Source: Microcoleus sp. (GTDB lineage Bacteria; Cyanobacteriota; Cyanobacteriia; Cyanobacteriales; Microcoleaceae). Taken from it: DNA of 64,000 nucleotides. Both the position numbers and the translations under genes were made by a program. Positions 9,539 to 23,192 of this stretch are shown here, piece by piece (position 1 is the stretch's first letter; every line of letters begins with the position of its first letter). The stretch covers positions 1,888,001-1,952,000 of the forward strand of contig CP181291.1 of the NCBI GenBank assembly GCA_052279835.1, in the 5' to 3' direction. The notes below the pieces were generated by a model. That model ran no database searches and was not told the DNA's origin. It was given only the letters and a program-made list of their open reading frames with translations.

Positions 9539-9664
9539 ATGGATTTTGACTTGCGGATACTAATAGTATTGATGCCCGTTTTGTTGGCTGGCGGCTGGGC
9601 CGTATACAACATCGGCGCTATTGCTCTGACACAAGTTCAGAAATTGTTGAACAAGCAAACTTAA
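9539..9664 (+). CDS. psbY: Photosystem II protein Y
   Basis: Below the ORF-track cutoff. MDFDLRILIVLMPVLLAGGWAVYNIGAIALTQVQKLLNKQT, with a strong AGGAGG RBS. Confidence 0.92.
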   Translation: MDFDLRILIVLMPVLLAGGWAVYNIGAIALTQVQKLLNKQT

Positions 9665-9691
9665 ACTTAGCTTATTTACAGCTACTTTCCG

Positions 9692-9727
9692 AGCCGACTG
9701 TTTCTTAAGATACAAAAACAGTCGGCT
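9692..9727 (+). terminator. Hairpin after psbY
   Basis: AGCCGACTGTTT / AAACAGTCGGCT 12-bp inverted repeat. Confidence 0.7.
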
Positions 9728-9994
9728 AATTCATGTTTATTTACTGTAAAATCCTTGGGAAAAGTTAGAATCATTTCTCAAAAACCAAGAGAGCATTGAT
9801 GAACTCGGAAAATGAATCTATCGGCTGCGATCGCTTAAAGAAAATCAAACTATTGGTCAAACACACTCCAACCAAAATATGAGACAATCACAAAAGTAAT
9901 TGCACTGAAAAAAACCCGAAAAACTCCGAAGTTTAACCTGTAGGGAAGATCGGTAAAATTGTCAACGTTGAACTCCTATATCTTGAGATAGATT

Positions 9995-11503
9995 ATGCTT
10001 TTTCCCAGATCTAGCGGCATTCTAGTCCACCCCACATCCTTTCCCAGTCGATTCGGCGTAGGCGACATGGGAATAGAAGCCTATCGCTTTATTGACTTTT
10101 TAGTAGAAAGCGACCAGCAATACTGGCAAATATTGCCACTGGGCCCCACAGGATACGGCAATTCTCCTTATTCGTGCTATTCAGCAATGGCAGGAAATCC
10201 CATGCTGATCAGCCCGGAAATATTGCGAGACGAGCAATTGGTAACAGATGAAGACTTGGCTAATTGGCCGGAATTTCCCCTCGACTATGTAGAGTTCGAG
10301 CGCGCAGTGGCTCTGAAATTGCCATTGCTCAAAAAAGCCTCCGAAAATTTTAAGGCGAAAGCATCGCCGGTGCAGCAAAGAGAATTTTCGGCTTTTTGTG
10401 AAAGCAAAGCGATATGGCTGGAAGATTATGCCTTGTTTATGGCTCTCAAAGAATCCTTTGGTGGTGTTAGCTGGAACAATTGGGAACCAGATATTGCTCA
10501 TCGAAAACCCGATGCGCTAGACAAGTGGCGGCAGCAGCTAAATGCTGAGATTTATTACTACAAATACGTCCAGTTTGAGTTTTTTCGCCAGTGGACGGAG
10601 TTGAAACGTTATGCTAACCTGCGGGACATTAAAATTATTGGTGACATTCCAATTTATGTAGCTCACGATAGCGCAGATGTGTGGTCTCATCCTGAAACAT
10701 TCTGTTTGGATGAACCCACGGGAGAACCAGCTTTAATGGCGGGAGTTCCCCCTGATTACTTCAGCAGTACAGGTCAATTGTGGGGCAACCCTGTCTACAA
10801 TTGGGAGGAGTTGCAAGCAAATAATTTCCAGTGGTGGGTGCAGCGTTTTGAAGCGATTTTTGATTATGTAGACGTGACTCGAATAGACCACTTTAGAGGA
10901 TTTGAGGCATACTGGGCTGTTAAGCGCGGCAAAAAAAATGCGATCGAGGGAGAGTGGATTCAAGCACCTGGAACAGCTTTGTTTGAGGTAATTAACGAGA
11001 AGTTTGGCAACCTGCCAATTATCGCTGAGGATTTAGGGTTAATTACTCCTGAAGTGGAAGCTTTGCGCGATCGATTTGAGTTTCCGGGAATGAAGATTTT
11101 GCAGTTTGCTTTTAACTCAGGTCCCGATGAACCTTTTTTGCCTTTTAACTACGAACGTAACTGTGTAGTCTACACCGGGACTCACGACAACGATACGACT
11201 GTCGGATGGTTCAATCAACTGCAACACTACGAAAGAGAAGAGGTTTATCGTTATTTGGGCTGCCTCGATCCCCAAGGGATTCATTGGTCTTTAATCCGCA
11301 TGGCTTGGGGATCGATTGCTAATTTGGCAGTTGTTCCGTTTCAAGACTTGTTGGGTTTGGGTGCAGATGCCAGGATGAATTTTCCAGGGAAAGCAGAGGG
11401 AAATTGGGGCTGGCGATATCGGGCAGAAGCTTTGAATTGGGAAGTGCGCGATCGGCTCAAAACCATGACTTACATCTGCGGGCGTTCCCCTAAGAGAAAT
11501 TAA
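9995..11503 (+). CDS. malQ: 4-alpha-glucanotransferase (GH77)
   Basis: WQILPLGPT, GVPPDYFS.TGQLWGNP, RIDHFRG, IAEDLG and YTGTHDNDT motifs. Confidence 0.96.
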   Translation: MLFPRSSGILVHPTSFPSRFGVGDMGIEAYRFIDFLVESDQQYWQILPLGPTGYGNSPYSCYSAMAGNPMLISPEILRDEQLVTDEDLANWPEFPLDYVEFERAVALKLPLLKKASENFKAKASPVQQREFSAFCESKAIWLEDYALFMALKESFGGVSWNNWEPDIAHRKPDALDKWRQQLNAEIYYYKYVQFEFFRQWTELKRYANLRDIKIIGDIPIYVAHDSADVWSHPETFCLDEPTGEPALMAGVPPDYFSSTGQLWGNPVYNWEELQANNFQWWVQRFEAIFDYVDVTRIDHFRGFEAYWAVKRGKKNAIEGEWIQAPGTALFEVINEKFGNLPIIAEDLGLITPEVEALRDRFEFPGMKILQFAFNSGPDEPFLPFNYERNCVVYTGTHDNDTTVGWFNQLQHYEREEVYRYLGCLDPQGIHWSLIRMAWGSIANLAVVPFQDLLGLGADARMNFPGKAEGNWGWRYRAEALNWEVRDRLKTMTYICGRSPKRN

Positions 11504-11547
11504 AAATGGGTAACTTATTAGTTGTTATTTGTTAGTAGAAAAACTCT

Positions 11548-11668
11548 GGGTGCATCTCTATTTGGCAAGTATATTCGTAGGGCCGAAGCATGACCGCTGT
11601 AAATCTATGGTGATCACTAATAAATTGTCTGCGGTCATGCTTCGCCTATGCAAAATCGGGATGCTCCC
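11548..11668. mobile_element. MITE with an 8-bp target-site duplication, carrying an internal GTAG-REP hairpin
   Basis: TIRs GGGTGCATCTC / GGGATGCTCCC; AAAACTCT at 11540-11547 and 11669-11676; internal CGAAGCATGACCGC / GCGGTCATGCTTCG stem. Confidence 0.8.
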
Positions 11669-11724
11669 AAAACTCTTAACTACTAACAAGTAACAACTAA
11701 CTATTACCAATTACCAATTACCAA

Positions 11725-12600
11725 TTACCCTTCCTTTTTGGCTTTTTCTGAAGGTTTGAGTTCGTCAGCTTTGAAAACAACTTGTTTGACAACTCCAGGG
11801 TCTCCGAGTTGCTCTGCTTGTCCGTTATTAAAGGCAATTAGTACCCCGCCGGCGTTGCCCGCTACCACCACTAATTTGTCTTTAGCTTGCCAAGTGCGCT
11901 GAGTCCCAGAAGGCAAAGTTCCCTCAAACTCGGTTTTGCCATCGATTTCAATTTGCAACCACGATTCTTCCTTGAAAGTGACGCTAACCATTACTGGTTT
12001 ATCGCTAGATTTATTTAAATTTCCCTCTTTTGTTCCCGCTTGTAGAGTTGTGTAAGTATCCACTTTCTGCTTTTTGGCGAGGCGATCGGACTCGGCTGCT
12101 AAACGGGCTTGTTGTTCTTGAAGTGCGAGTTGTTCTTTGACCAGCTCGTTTCTTCCTGGGAAGGAACCACCCATCAATTGAGACAAGCTATTGACCGAAA
12201 AGATAATTAGAAATGTGTAAAACAGGTACAAGTGCATCGGCCGCAACTGAGGCCATTCTTGCCAGGATAACTTGGGTACCGATCGAGGTGGTTGTTCGAT
12301 CGGGAAAAAGTCGGCAAACTCAGCCCCGTCCAAACCCATGACCTCGGCGTACCGCTTGATCAAACCTTGAGTGTAGACTGGTTCGGGAAGTCGATCTAGT
12401 TGACCATCCTCGATCGCCTGTAGCAGATCCCGCCGAATCATCGTCACCACAGCTACTTTGTCCAAGCAAATCGACTCTTTTTCCCGGAACTGGCGGAGTT
12501 TTGCGCCAATTTCTGCTAGCTTTTGGGCGCGTTCTGCCTCTTGGGAAGGCAGCTTTTTTTTAGGGGTTTTGAAAAGTAAAAAAAATAAATTCTTTGTCAT
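11725..12600 (-). CDS. rodZ: RodZ-like protein (HTH_25, TM, DUF4115)
   Basis: GAKLRQ.RE..IE.G..LPEPVY.QG.I.RYA HTH, one TM, C-terminal SWL.I.IDGK..GNAGG. ATG at 12600 overlaps the upstream gene's stop. Confidence 0.8.
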   Translation of the reverse strand: MTKNLFFLLFKTPKKKLPSQEAERAQKLAEIGAKLRQFREKESICLDKVAVVTMIRRDLLQAIEDGQLDRLPEPVYTQGLIKRYAEVMGLDGAEFADFFPIEQPPRSVPKLSWQEWPQLRPMHLYLFYTFLIIFSVNSLSQLMGGSFPGRNELVKEQLALQEQQARLAAESDRLAKKQKVDTYTTLQAGTKEGNLNKSSDKPVMVSVTFKEESWLQIEIDGKTEFEGTLPSGTQRTWQAKDKLVVVAGNAGGVLIAFNNGQAEQLGDPGVVKQVVFKADELKPSEKAKKEG

Positions 12601-13391
12601 AGGCTGTGCTTCCTGATGTTGACTGGCACATTGGTTGAGGTTAGGTTGACTAGACTCCATAAAAAAATAATTTCAGAATTTGTAAGAGGTCGGCAGCAGC
12701 CTACTGGCAATATTGGCTCCGAAGGTGGCTGCAATTGAATCGAGCCAATGGCTGTGCGGTGTAGGCCCAGCACGGGATATCCTAACTGCTCGGCGGTTCG
12801 CCGAATTTGTCGATTTCTCCCTTCTGATAAAATAACGGACAACATGGTTTGGTTACGAGTGCGCTCTAGGACTTCAACTTGAGCTGGCATAGTCTTTCTG
12901 CCGGCCAACACGATCCCCTGACGCCACGCTTGCAGTACCGGTTCGGGAGGATGCCCCTGCACCCAAACCTGATAAGTTTTGGATATCGAATGACGCGGAT
13001 GAGTCAAACAAAATGTCAGCTTACCATCATTAGTGAGTAGCAGTGCGCCCGTAGAATCTGCATCTAAGCGTCCTACAGGGTGAATGCCTTGACCGGAACG
13101 TAGTTTGGGAGGCAGCAAGTCCAGAACTTTCGATCGTGCCCTGGGGTCGCTGCAAGTCGAAACTACCCCAGGGGGTTTGTGAAGTAACAGATAGACTGAC
13201 GCTGGTCGTTCTGTCGCCTTGACCGGCACTCCATCGACTTCGATCAGATCGATATCTGGATTAGCTTTTTGTCCTAAATTCACGACCTGACCATTGACTC
13301 GCACTCGTCCAGCGATCATCATTTGTTCAGCTTGACGGCGAGAGGCGATGCCCCACTGGGCGAGGATTTTTTGTAGCCTTTCATCTGACAT
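12597..13391 (-). CDS. rluB: rRNA pseudouridine synthase (RsuA/RluB family)
   Basis: S4 domain ERLQKILA..G.ASRR; HPVGRLD catalytic motif; EGRNRQIRR. Confidence 0.88.
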   Translation of the reverse strand: MSDERLQKILAQWGIASRRQAEQMMIAGRVRVNGQVVNLGQKANPDIDLIEVDGVPVKATERPASVYLLLHKPPGVVSTCSDPRARSKVLDLLPPKLRSGQGIHPVGRLDADSTGALLLTNDGKLTFCLTHPRHSISKTYQVWVQGHPPEPVLQAWRQGIVLAGRKTMPAQVEVLERTRNQTMLSVILSEGRNRQIRRTAEQLGYPVLGLHRTAIGSIQLQPPSEPILPVGCCRPLTNSEIIFLWSLVNLTSTNVPVNIRKHSL

Positions 13392-13608
13392 GACGGGAGT
13401 TTGGAAACGCCCAACTCTTGAGTTGGGGGAGGAAATACGACAGGTTGAATTGATTAACGGTGTCTCATCAACACTGGTGTGACTTTGGATTTAAAAGTTG
13501 GTGAATCTTTCTCTTCCAATACCCCTAAATTTATTGGGGGTTTACGGACTCCTAGGCCGACAGCTTCGTAAAGTTGTTGCTTGGATGGCAGTCCAGCTAA
13601 ATCTTGAC
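13385..13608 (+). mobile_element. IS200/IS605-type left-end remnant overlapping the rluB start
   Basis: TTCAT (13380-84) followed by subterminal hairpin GGAAAC-G-CCCAACTC-TT-GAGTTGGG-GGAGGAAA; non-coding; far end uncertain (TTGAC at 13604-08). Confidence 0.55.
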
Positions 13609-13904
13609 ACGATTTAGACAAACTATGTACAAATGTTACGTTACAGGAAGAGTTTTATTTTGGATGCTTTCGATACATTTAGCCCCGACCAATTAGGCAA
13701 TCGGTGTCTGTGGTATGTGTTAGGCGCTATCTGACGTTGTAAATCTGACATCGCAAATCGGAAATTTTGTAAACTTCATTTCCTGATTTTGAACAAATTA
13801 TACTGTTGGCGAAACCGTACAAAGGTTGGCACATCCGCAGATTGTCCCGATGCAATAACCCTGAAGATTGTATGAAAACTCTAGGTTTTCACTCTCGATC
13901 GCCA

Positions 13905-14130
13905 TTCCTGCACCTTCGCTCGACTGCTGGTTACAAAGGTGCGGGGTTAGACGAGACAATTATAAACTAACACTAAAACAAATACTAGGTTTATAGTTAA
14001 ATTTGCGGTAGTCTGAGCTTCCATACATGACAACGCTGGCAACCAGGGAGCTAGCGGGGACAATTTTCCCTACTTTCGGCGATGGGGAGTCAGCGAGAAT
14101 CCCCGCACCTCAAGCAGCCCGGATGGTGTA
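13905..14130 (+). mobile_element. Degenerate IS200/IS605-derived miniature element
   Basis: Left hairpin CCTGCACCTT...AAGGTGCGGG; right-end-like GAGAATCCCCGCACCT reusing the same arm. Confidence 0.5.
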
Positions 14131-14173
14131 ATTTTTGTGTTTGAATATTAAAGTTCCAATTCTGAAATCTTTT

Positions 14174-14971
14174 ATGACAGTCGATCGCAATTCTTGGGAA
14201 TTTGACAATGGATCTGACCCTACTGGGGAACTGGAAGGTGCTAATTTCGGTAAGCAGCAGGGTTCGGGGATACCATCAAGGAGTCAAGGCAGCCGAATCG
14301 CGAGTGCAGTGCTGTCTCCGGCGGTGCAGTTGTGGCTGCGATCGCAAGTTCAGCAGGTGTCAGAGTTGAGCGTGAAAATAGAGGGAAGCGATCGACAAAT
14401 CTTCAGTGGTGCGATCCCCAAAGTAACGGCAACAGCTCGCGGTGCTATCTATCAGGGACTGCATCTAACTTCCATCGCCATAGAGGGTGCTGGCATCCGC
14501 GTTAACCTCGGTCAAGTTATCAAAGGTCAACCACTCCGCCTTTTAGAATCCTTTCCCGTATTCGGCGTTTTACGGCTAATTCAAGCCGATTTAAATGCGT
14601 CGCTGAAAGCACCTTTGCTTGCGGACGCTTTGAGCGATTTTTTGCGGCCAATACTGCCGCTAGGCGATCGGGAACAGCCTTTAATATTACAAAATTCGCA
14701 AATAGTAATTGATGCAGGTTTGTTAACGCTTTCGGCTGTTATTTTACGCCATGAAGGTACGCAAATCCCCTTTGTATTGCGTACTGGTTTGCGGATGTTG
14801 AGCGGTCACGAATTGATGTTAGAAAATCCAGAAATCGAATTTACACAATCATCCACTAAGCATATTGTAGATAGTTTTAAAATTGATTTAGGACCCGAAG
14901 TTGAAATTGAGGAGTTAATTTTGAATACCGGGGAAATAGTTTGTCGGGGTGGAATTAGAGTTTTGCCTTAG
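14174..14971 (+). CDS. DUF2993 (LmeA-like) family protein
   Basis: LSPAVQLWLRSQV..L.V.I.G..RQI.SG.IP and G.PL.LLE motifs; ATG at 14174 preferred. Confidence 0.8.
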   Translation: MTVDRNSWEFDNGSDPTGELEGANFGKQQGSGIPSRSQGSRIASAVLSPAVQLWLRSQVQQVSELSVKIEGSDRQIFSGAIPKVTATARGAIYQGLHLTSIAIEGAGIRVNLGQVIKGQPLRLLESFPVFGVLRLIQADLNASLKAPLLADALSDFLRPILPLGDREQPLILQNSQIVIDAGLLTLSAVILRHEGTQIPFVLRTGLRMLSGHELMLENPEIEFTQSSTKHIVDSFKIDLGPEVEIEELILNTGEIVCRGGIRVLP

Positions 14972-15004
14972 TTAGTTAAATGGCTTTAAACGCAAGCCCT
15001 AGAA

Positions 15005-15560
15005 TTATTGCTCAGCTAGCTGATGACTCAGAAACACTTCACAGTCATCCCTTTTCCAGACAAATCCAATGTTACAGACAACAATGTATTGAGGGCGAGT
15101 GCGATCGATAATTCGCTCTTCCTCCCAGCCACAGATCAGCCACCTCACCGTAATCGGCGTCATCCCGATCGCCTCAGAAGTCTCCTGGTGAGTCAATCTA
15201 AGTTGAAACACTGTTCTTCCCACCCACCGATACAGATTTGTGGTGCGAGTTCTCCTCGTTTGGGCGATCGGACTCGCTCAATTAAATACAATGATAATCG
15301 CCACCATTATATTGATGTGTTAGATATTTAAATTTAATTGGGCGATCGGGTGGGATACCCGCGCCACAAGCTTTTGCAGTTCTTGTCAGTTTTTGGACAC
15401 TCTCTGTTTATCCGCTTATCCGCTCGCGTAGTCGAATTCGTAAACAGCTCGATCAGTTCGATTCCTTACGTTCTGGCGATCGAGGATATCTTACCCTTTG
15501 TGTCCTAACACGGGTCATTGCCATAACAAATATAGAAATTAGAGCTTCTGTCTGGGGATG
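15005..15560 (-). pseudogene. Degraded Crp/Fnr-family regulator remnant
   Basis: RLTHQE.SEAIGMTPITV is a decayed Crp HTH (consensus LTHQ.LA..IG.TR.TV). A QTEALISI-like fragment lies near 15530-15555, with no intact frame joining them. Confidence 0.55.
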
Positions 15561-15980
15561 GGAACAGATTATCACCGTTCTGGGGATTTCTTTATGGGAG
15601 GAGTATTGACGGCTCTACAAACAAAATCTGCGCACTATACCGTACTTACGATAAATAAGAAAGTAGAAAAATTACTACAAAAAGATTCGGTTCCCTCTAC
15701 TCGCATCACCCTGGTTATTAGGCTATTCTTGAAAAGCGCCAAAAGGAAAGCGGTTCACCGAACCACGACCGAAAGGTAAACACCGAACCTAGAAAAAAGA
15801 ATAGTTTGAAAGCTTAAAGCACTATTAACCTCGTCAAAAAAATTAAAGATAGAGAGTAAAAGCAGTAGCTGATACTTAATATCACAAACAACGAGAAAAA
15901 AGTCAAGTAAAAAAGAAGGAAATCAGGCCTAATCGCCAAAATAACCGGAAAACAACTTGACGAGCCGAAAAAAACTCAAC

Positions 15981-17471
<1,491 letters not shown>

Positions 17472-17588
17472 TAGGGAGACCATCTGAAGACAGACCGAAC
17501 CTAAACAATCAAGGTCTAGAATCAGTCATCCCTGGTCGTTCGAGATAATAGAGTCAAAGCTTTCAAACTATTAAAGGGTTCAGGTAAC

Positions 17589-17662
<74 letters not shown>

Positions 17663-17749
17663 CCTGGAAACAAGTGAAGAATTTTCAGTGTGCAGTCAAG
17701 GAACCAAAAGTCCTGAATGTGGCACAGAAAAATGACGCACTAGCTTAGT

Positions 17750-17822
17750 GGGGGTATAGCTCAGTTGGTAGAGCGCCTGCCTTGCACGCAGGAAGTCAGC
17801 GGTTCGAGTCCGCTTACCTCCA
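17750..17822 (+). tRNA. trnA: tRNA-Ala(TGC)
   Basis: Canonical cloverleaf, anticodon TGC, in the ITS. Confidence 0.98.
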
Positions 17823-17866
17823 CTCTCACTCAACAAAGCCCAGAAATAACACAGATCAAGTAGAAA

Positions 17867-17934
17867 TCAGCACCTAGACCAGCCGAAAGCTAGTCAGAAT
17901 GCTGGAGTCTCGACTCTAGTAAGAACCTTGAAAA
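17867..17934 (+). promoter_or_regulatory. rrn ITS BoxB helix and BoxA antiterminator
   Basis: CAGCA...TGCTG helix followed by GAACCTTGAAAA; a related BoxA-like GAACCTAGAAAA lies in the leader at 15785. Confidence 0.8.
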
Positions 17935-18019
17935 CTGCATAGAGACAAAGTAATCATCAAACAGGTGAGAAAACTGAGAAATCAGCATCGCTCACCAAAG
18001 ACCATCAGTAAATGATGTT

Positions 18020-20920
<2,901 letters not shown>

Positions 20921-20981
20921 AATTTTAGATGGTGATTACTTTGTGTCTGTGCAGTCTTCAGGGTTTTACACCCCACAGTTT

Positions 20982-21102
20982 TTCTAGGTGTCTATGACGC
21001 AGTGGCACCACTCCGATTCCATCCCGAACTCGGTTGTTAAACGCTGCGGTGGCGAAGATATTTGGCGGGTCACTGCCTGAGAAAATAGCTCGATGCCTGG
21101 GA
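20982..21102 (+). rRNA. rrf: 5S rRNA
   Basis: CCATCCCGAACTC core; terminal helix TCTAGG/CCTGGG. Confidence 0.97.
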
Positions 21103-21121
21103 TTTATTTACCACACATAAT

Positions 21122-21157
21122 GCCTCTTTCTCTCTTCTAGAAAGGGGCTTTGTTGTT
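21122..21157 (+). terminator. rrn terminator
   Basis: GCCTCTTTCT...AGAAAGGGGC followed by a T-rich tail. Confidence 0.7.
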
Positions 21158-21309
21158 TGACATCTCCTAAAAAGACAGTTAAGAACAGGCACGATGCCTG
21201 TTCCAGAGAAATTATGGGAGAGGTATACTTGATTTTGATGATTTTATACCAAATCTGGGTTGATCACCGCCTCGATCGCCCTATTTGCTCCTGGTTCCTC
21301 GAATCCGAG

Positions 21310-22476
21310 TTAAGGTTTAAGTACAACCTTAATGCAGTTGTCTTTTTTGTTCTTGAAAGTCTCGTAAGCTTGCGGTGCTTCTGACAAGTTCATGCGGTGG
21401 GTAATTACAAAGGTGGGATCAATTTCGCCTTTTTGAATGCGATCGAGCAAAGGCCGCAAATAGCGTTGAACGTGAGTCTGTCCCATTTTCATGGTCAAAC
21501 CTTTGTTGAAAGCTGCACCTAATGGCACTTTGTCTACGAAGCCGCCGTAAACGCCGGGAATCGAGACTGTGCCACCTTTACGACAAGCCAGGATCAGTTG
21601 TCGCAATGCGGTGGGTCGATCGCTCTCCAAGCGCACAGCTTGCTTTGCTTTGTCATAAAAAGCGTCCAGACCCGTGCCGTGGGCTTCCATCCCCACAGCG
21701 TCGATGCAGGCGTCAGGCCCGCGCCCCCCAGTCATTTCGGTGACGGCTTCCCCCGCATCAATTTCTTCGTAGTTGATGATTTCGGCTTTGGCCGCAGCAG
21801 CCATCTGCAAGCGCTCCGGGAAGCGGTCGATCGCAATTACTCTATCGGCACCCAGCATAAACGCGCTTCTGATTGCAAATTGCCCCACCGGCCCGCAGCC
21901 CCAAACGGCTACCGTATCCCCCGGTTGAATGTTGCAGTTTTCTGCCGCCATGTAACCTGTAGGGAAAATATCAGTGAGAAACAATACTTGTTCGTCAGAT
22001 AGTCCGTCGGGAATTTTCAAAGGACCAACATCTGCAAAGGGAACGCGAGCATATTCTGCTTGACCTCCTGCATAGCCGCCCGTTAAATGCGAGTAGCCAA
22101 ACAATCCTGCCGGCGAATGACCGTAAATTTTTTCAGCCAATCCAGCATTGGGGTTAGAGTTATCGCACAGTGACCACAAATCCCGGTTACAAAAGAAGCA
22201 ACTGCCGCAAGAAATTGTAAAAGGAATAACTGCGCGATCGCCCTTTTTGAGATTCTTAACTTCACTACCAACTTCAACAACTTCCCCCATGAATTCGTGA
22301 CCCAGGATGTCACCGGATTGCATGGTGGGGATGTAGCCATTATACAGGTGCAAATCTGAGCCACAAATTGCTGTAGATGTGATTTTGAATATCGCATCTC
22401 GCGGATTAATAATTGTTGGGTCAGGTACATTATCAACTCGCACGTCATTTGCTCCGTGCCAACAAACTGCTTTCAT
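21310..22476 (-). CDS. Zinc-dependent alcohol/formaldehyde dehydrogenase-like protein (MDR family)
   Basis: ICGSD.H, GHE.MG, CGSCFFC..C structural Zn site and G.GPVG Rossmann motif. Confidence 0.92.
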   Translation of the reverse strand: MKAVCWHGANDVRVDNVPDPTIINPRDAIFKITSTAICGSDLHLYNGYIPTMQSGDILGHEFMGEVVEVGSEVKNLKKGDRAVIPFTISCGSCFFCNRDLWSLCDNSNPNAGLAEKIYGHSPAGLFGYSHLTGGYAGGQAEYARVPFADVGPLKIPDGLSDEQVLFLTDIFPTGYMAAENCNIQPGDTVAVWGCGPVGQFAIRSAFMLGADRVIAIDRFPERLQMAAAAKAEIINYEEIDAGEAVTEMTGGRGPDACIDAVGMEAHGTGLDAFYDKAKQAVRLESDRPTALRQLILACRKGGTVSIPGVYGGFVDKVPLGAAFNKGLTMKMGQTHVQRYLRPLLDRIQKGEIDPTFVITHRMNLSEAPQAYETFKNKKDNCIKVVLKP

Positions 22477-23192
22477 TTTTTGGTTATCCTCTAGTTAGCT
22501 ACGAACATTTTTTGGTGTTCTCTTTGAAATTTTCGATTAGCTCAGTATCTAAATTAGGGCATTGATTTTCTCAATCTTAAAGGTATAAAACTTTACTTAT
22601 CTCTATCCAAGGTATGATTAAAAAATATATCTTTTGGCTGTTATCGAGACTAAAATTAGTAAAAAATCAAGCTACTAAAATATCGGTTAATTGCTTTAAA
22701 GTATGACCAGAAATGCTTGATTCACTGAATACCGAGCTTTGATAGTCTTAGCAATTACTTTTTTTAGAGTCAGGACTTATGCTATGCAAGAAGTTAAAAA
22801 TTACAGTAAAATTCCTCCTCTTTAAATTATATTTGCGCCGTTCAACCTCAAATCTCGAACCATCCAGGAAGTAAATAAACACTTCGTGCTGGCTTCGCCC
22901 ACCAGTAGGTCAAAATCGCTAGGAGTAGTGACACCACAAGAAATTCATCAAACTTGAGTATAAAATCTACATACACCTCAGCTTATCTATAGTAGTAAGG
23001 TGGGATGTGTACCGCATCTTACGACTACAGACCAGCTCATTAAGTGTACTGAGTAAGTTGCAGCCTCAAACTTCTCAAGTCCGGGCTGGTCCATCGAGAT
23101 TCGAGGCGGGGCGGGTTTTGGATCACAAGTGCTGCTTAAATGCCGAGCTTGCGCTAAAGTTGTGAAAGATTAAAGTTTATCGATCGCCTTTT

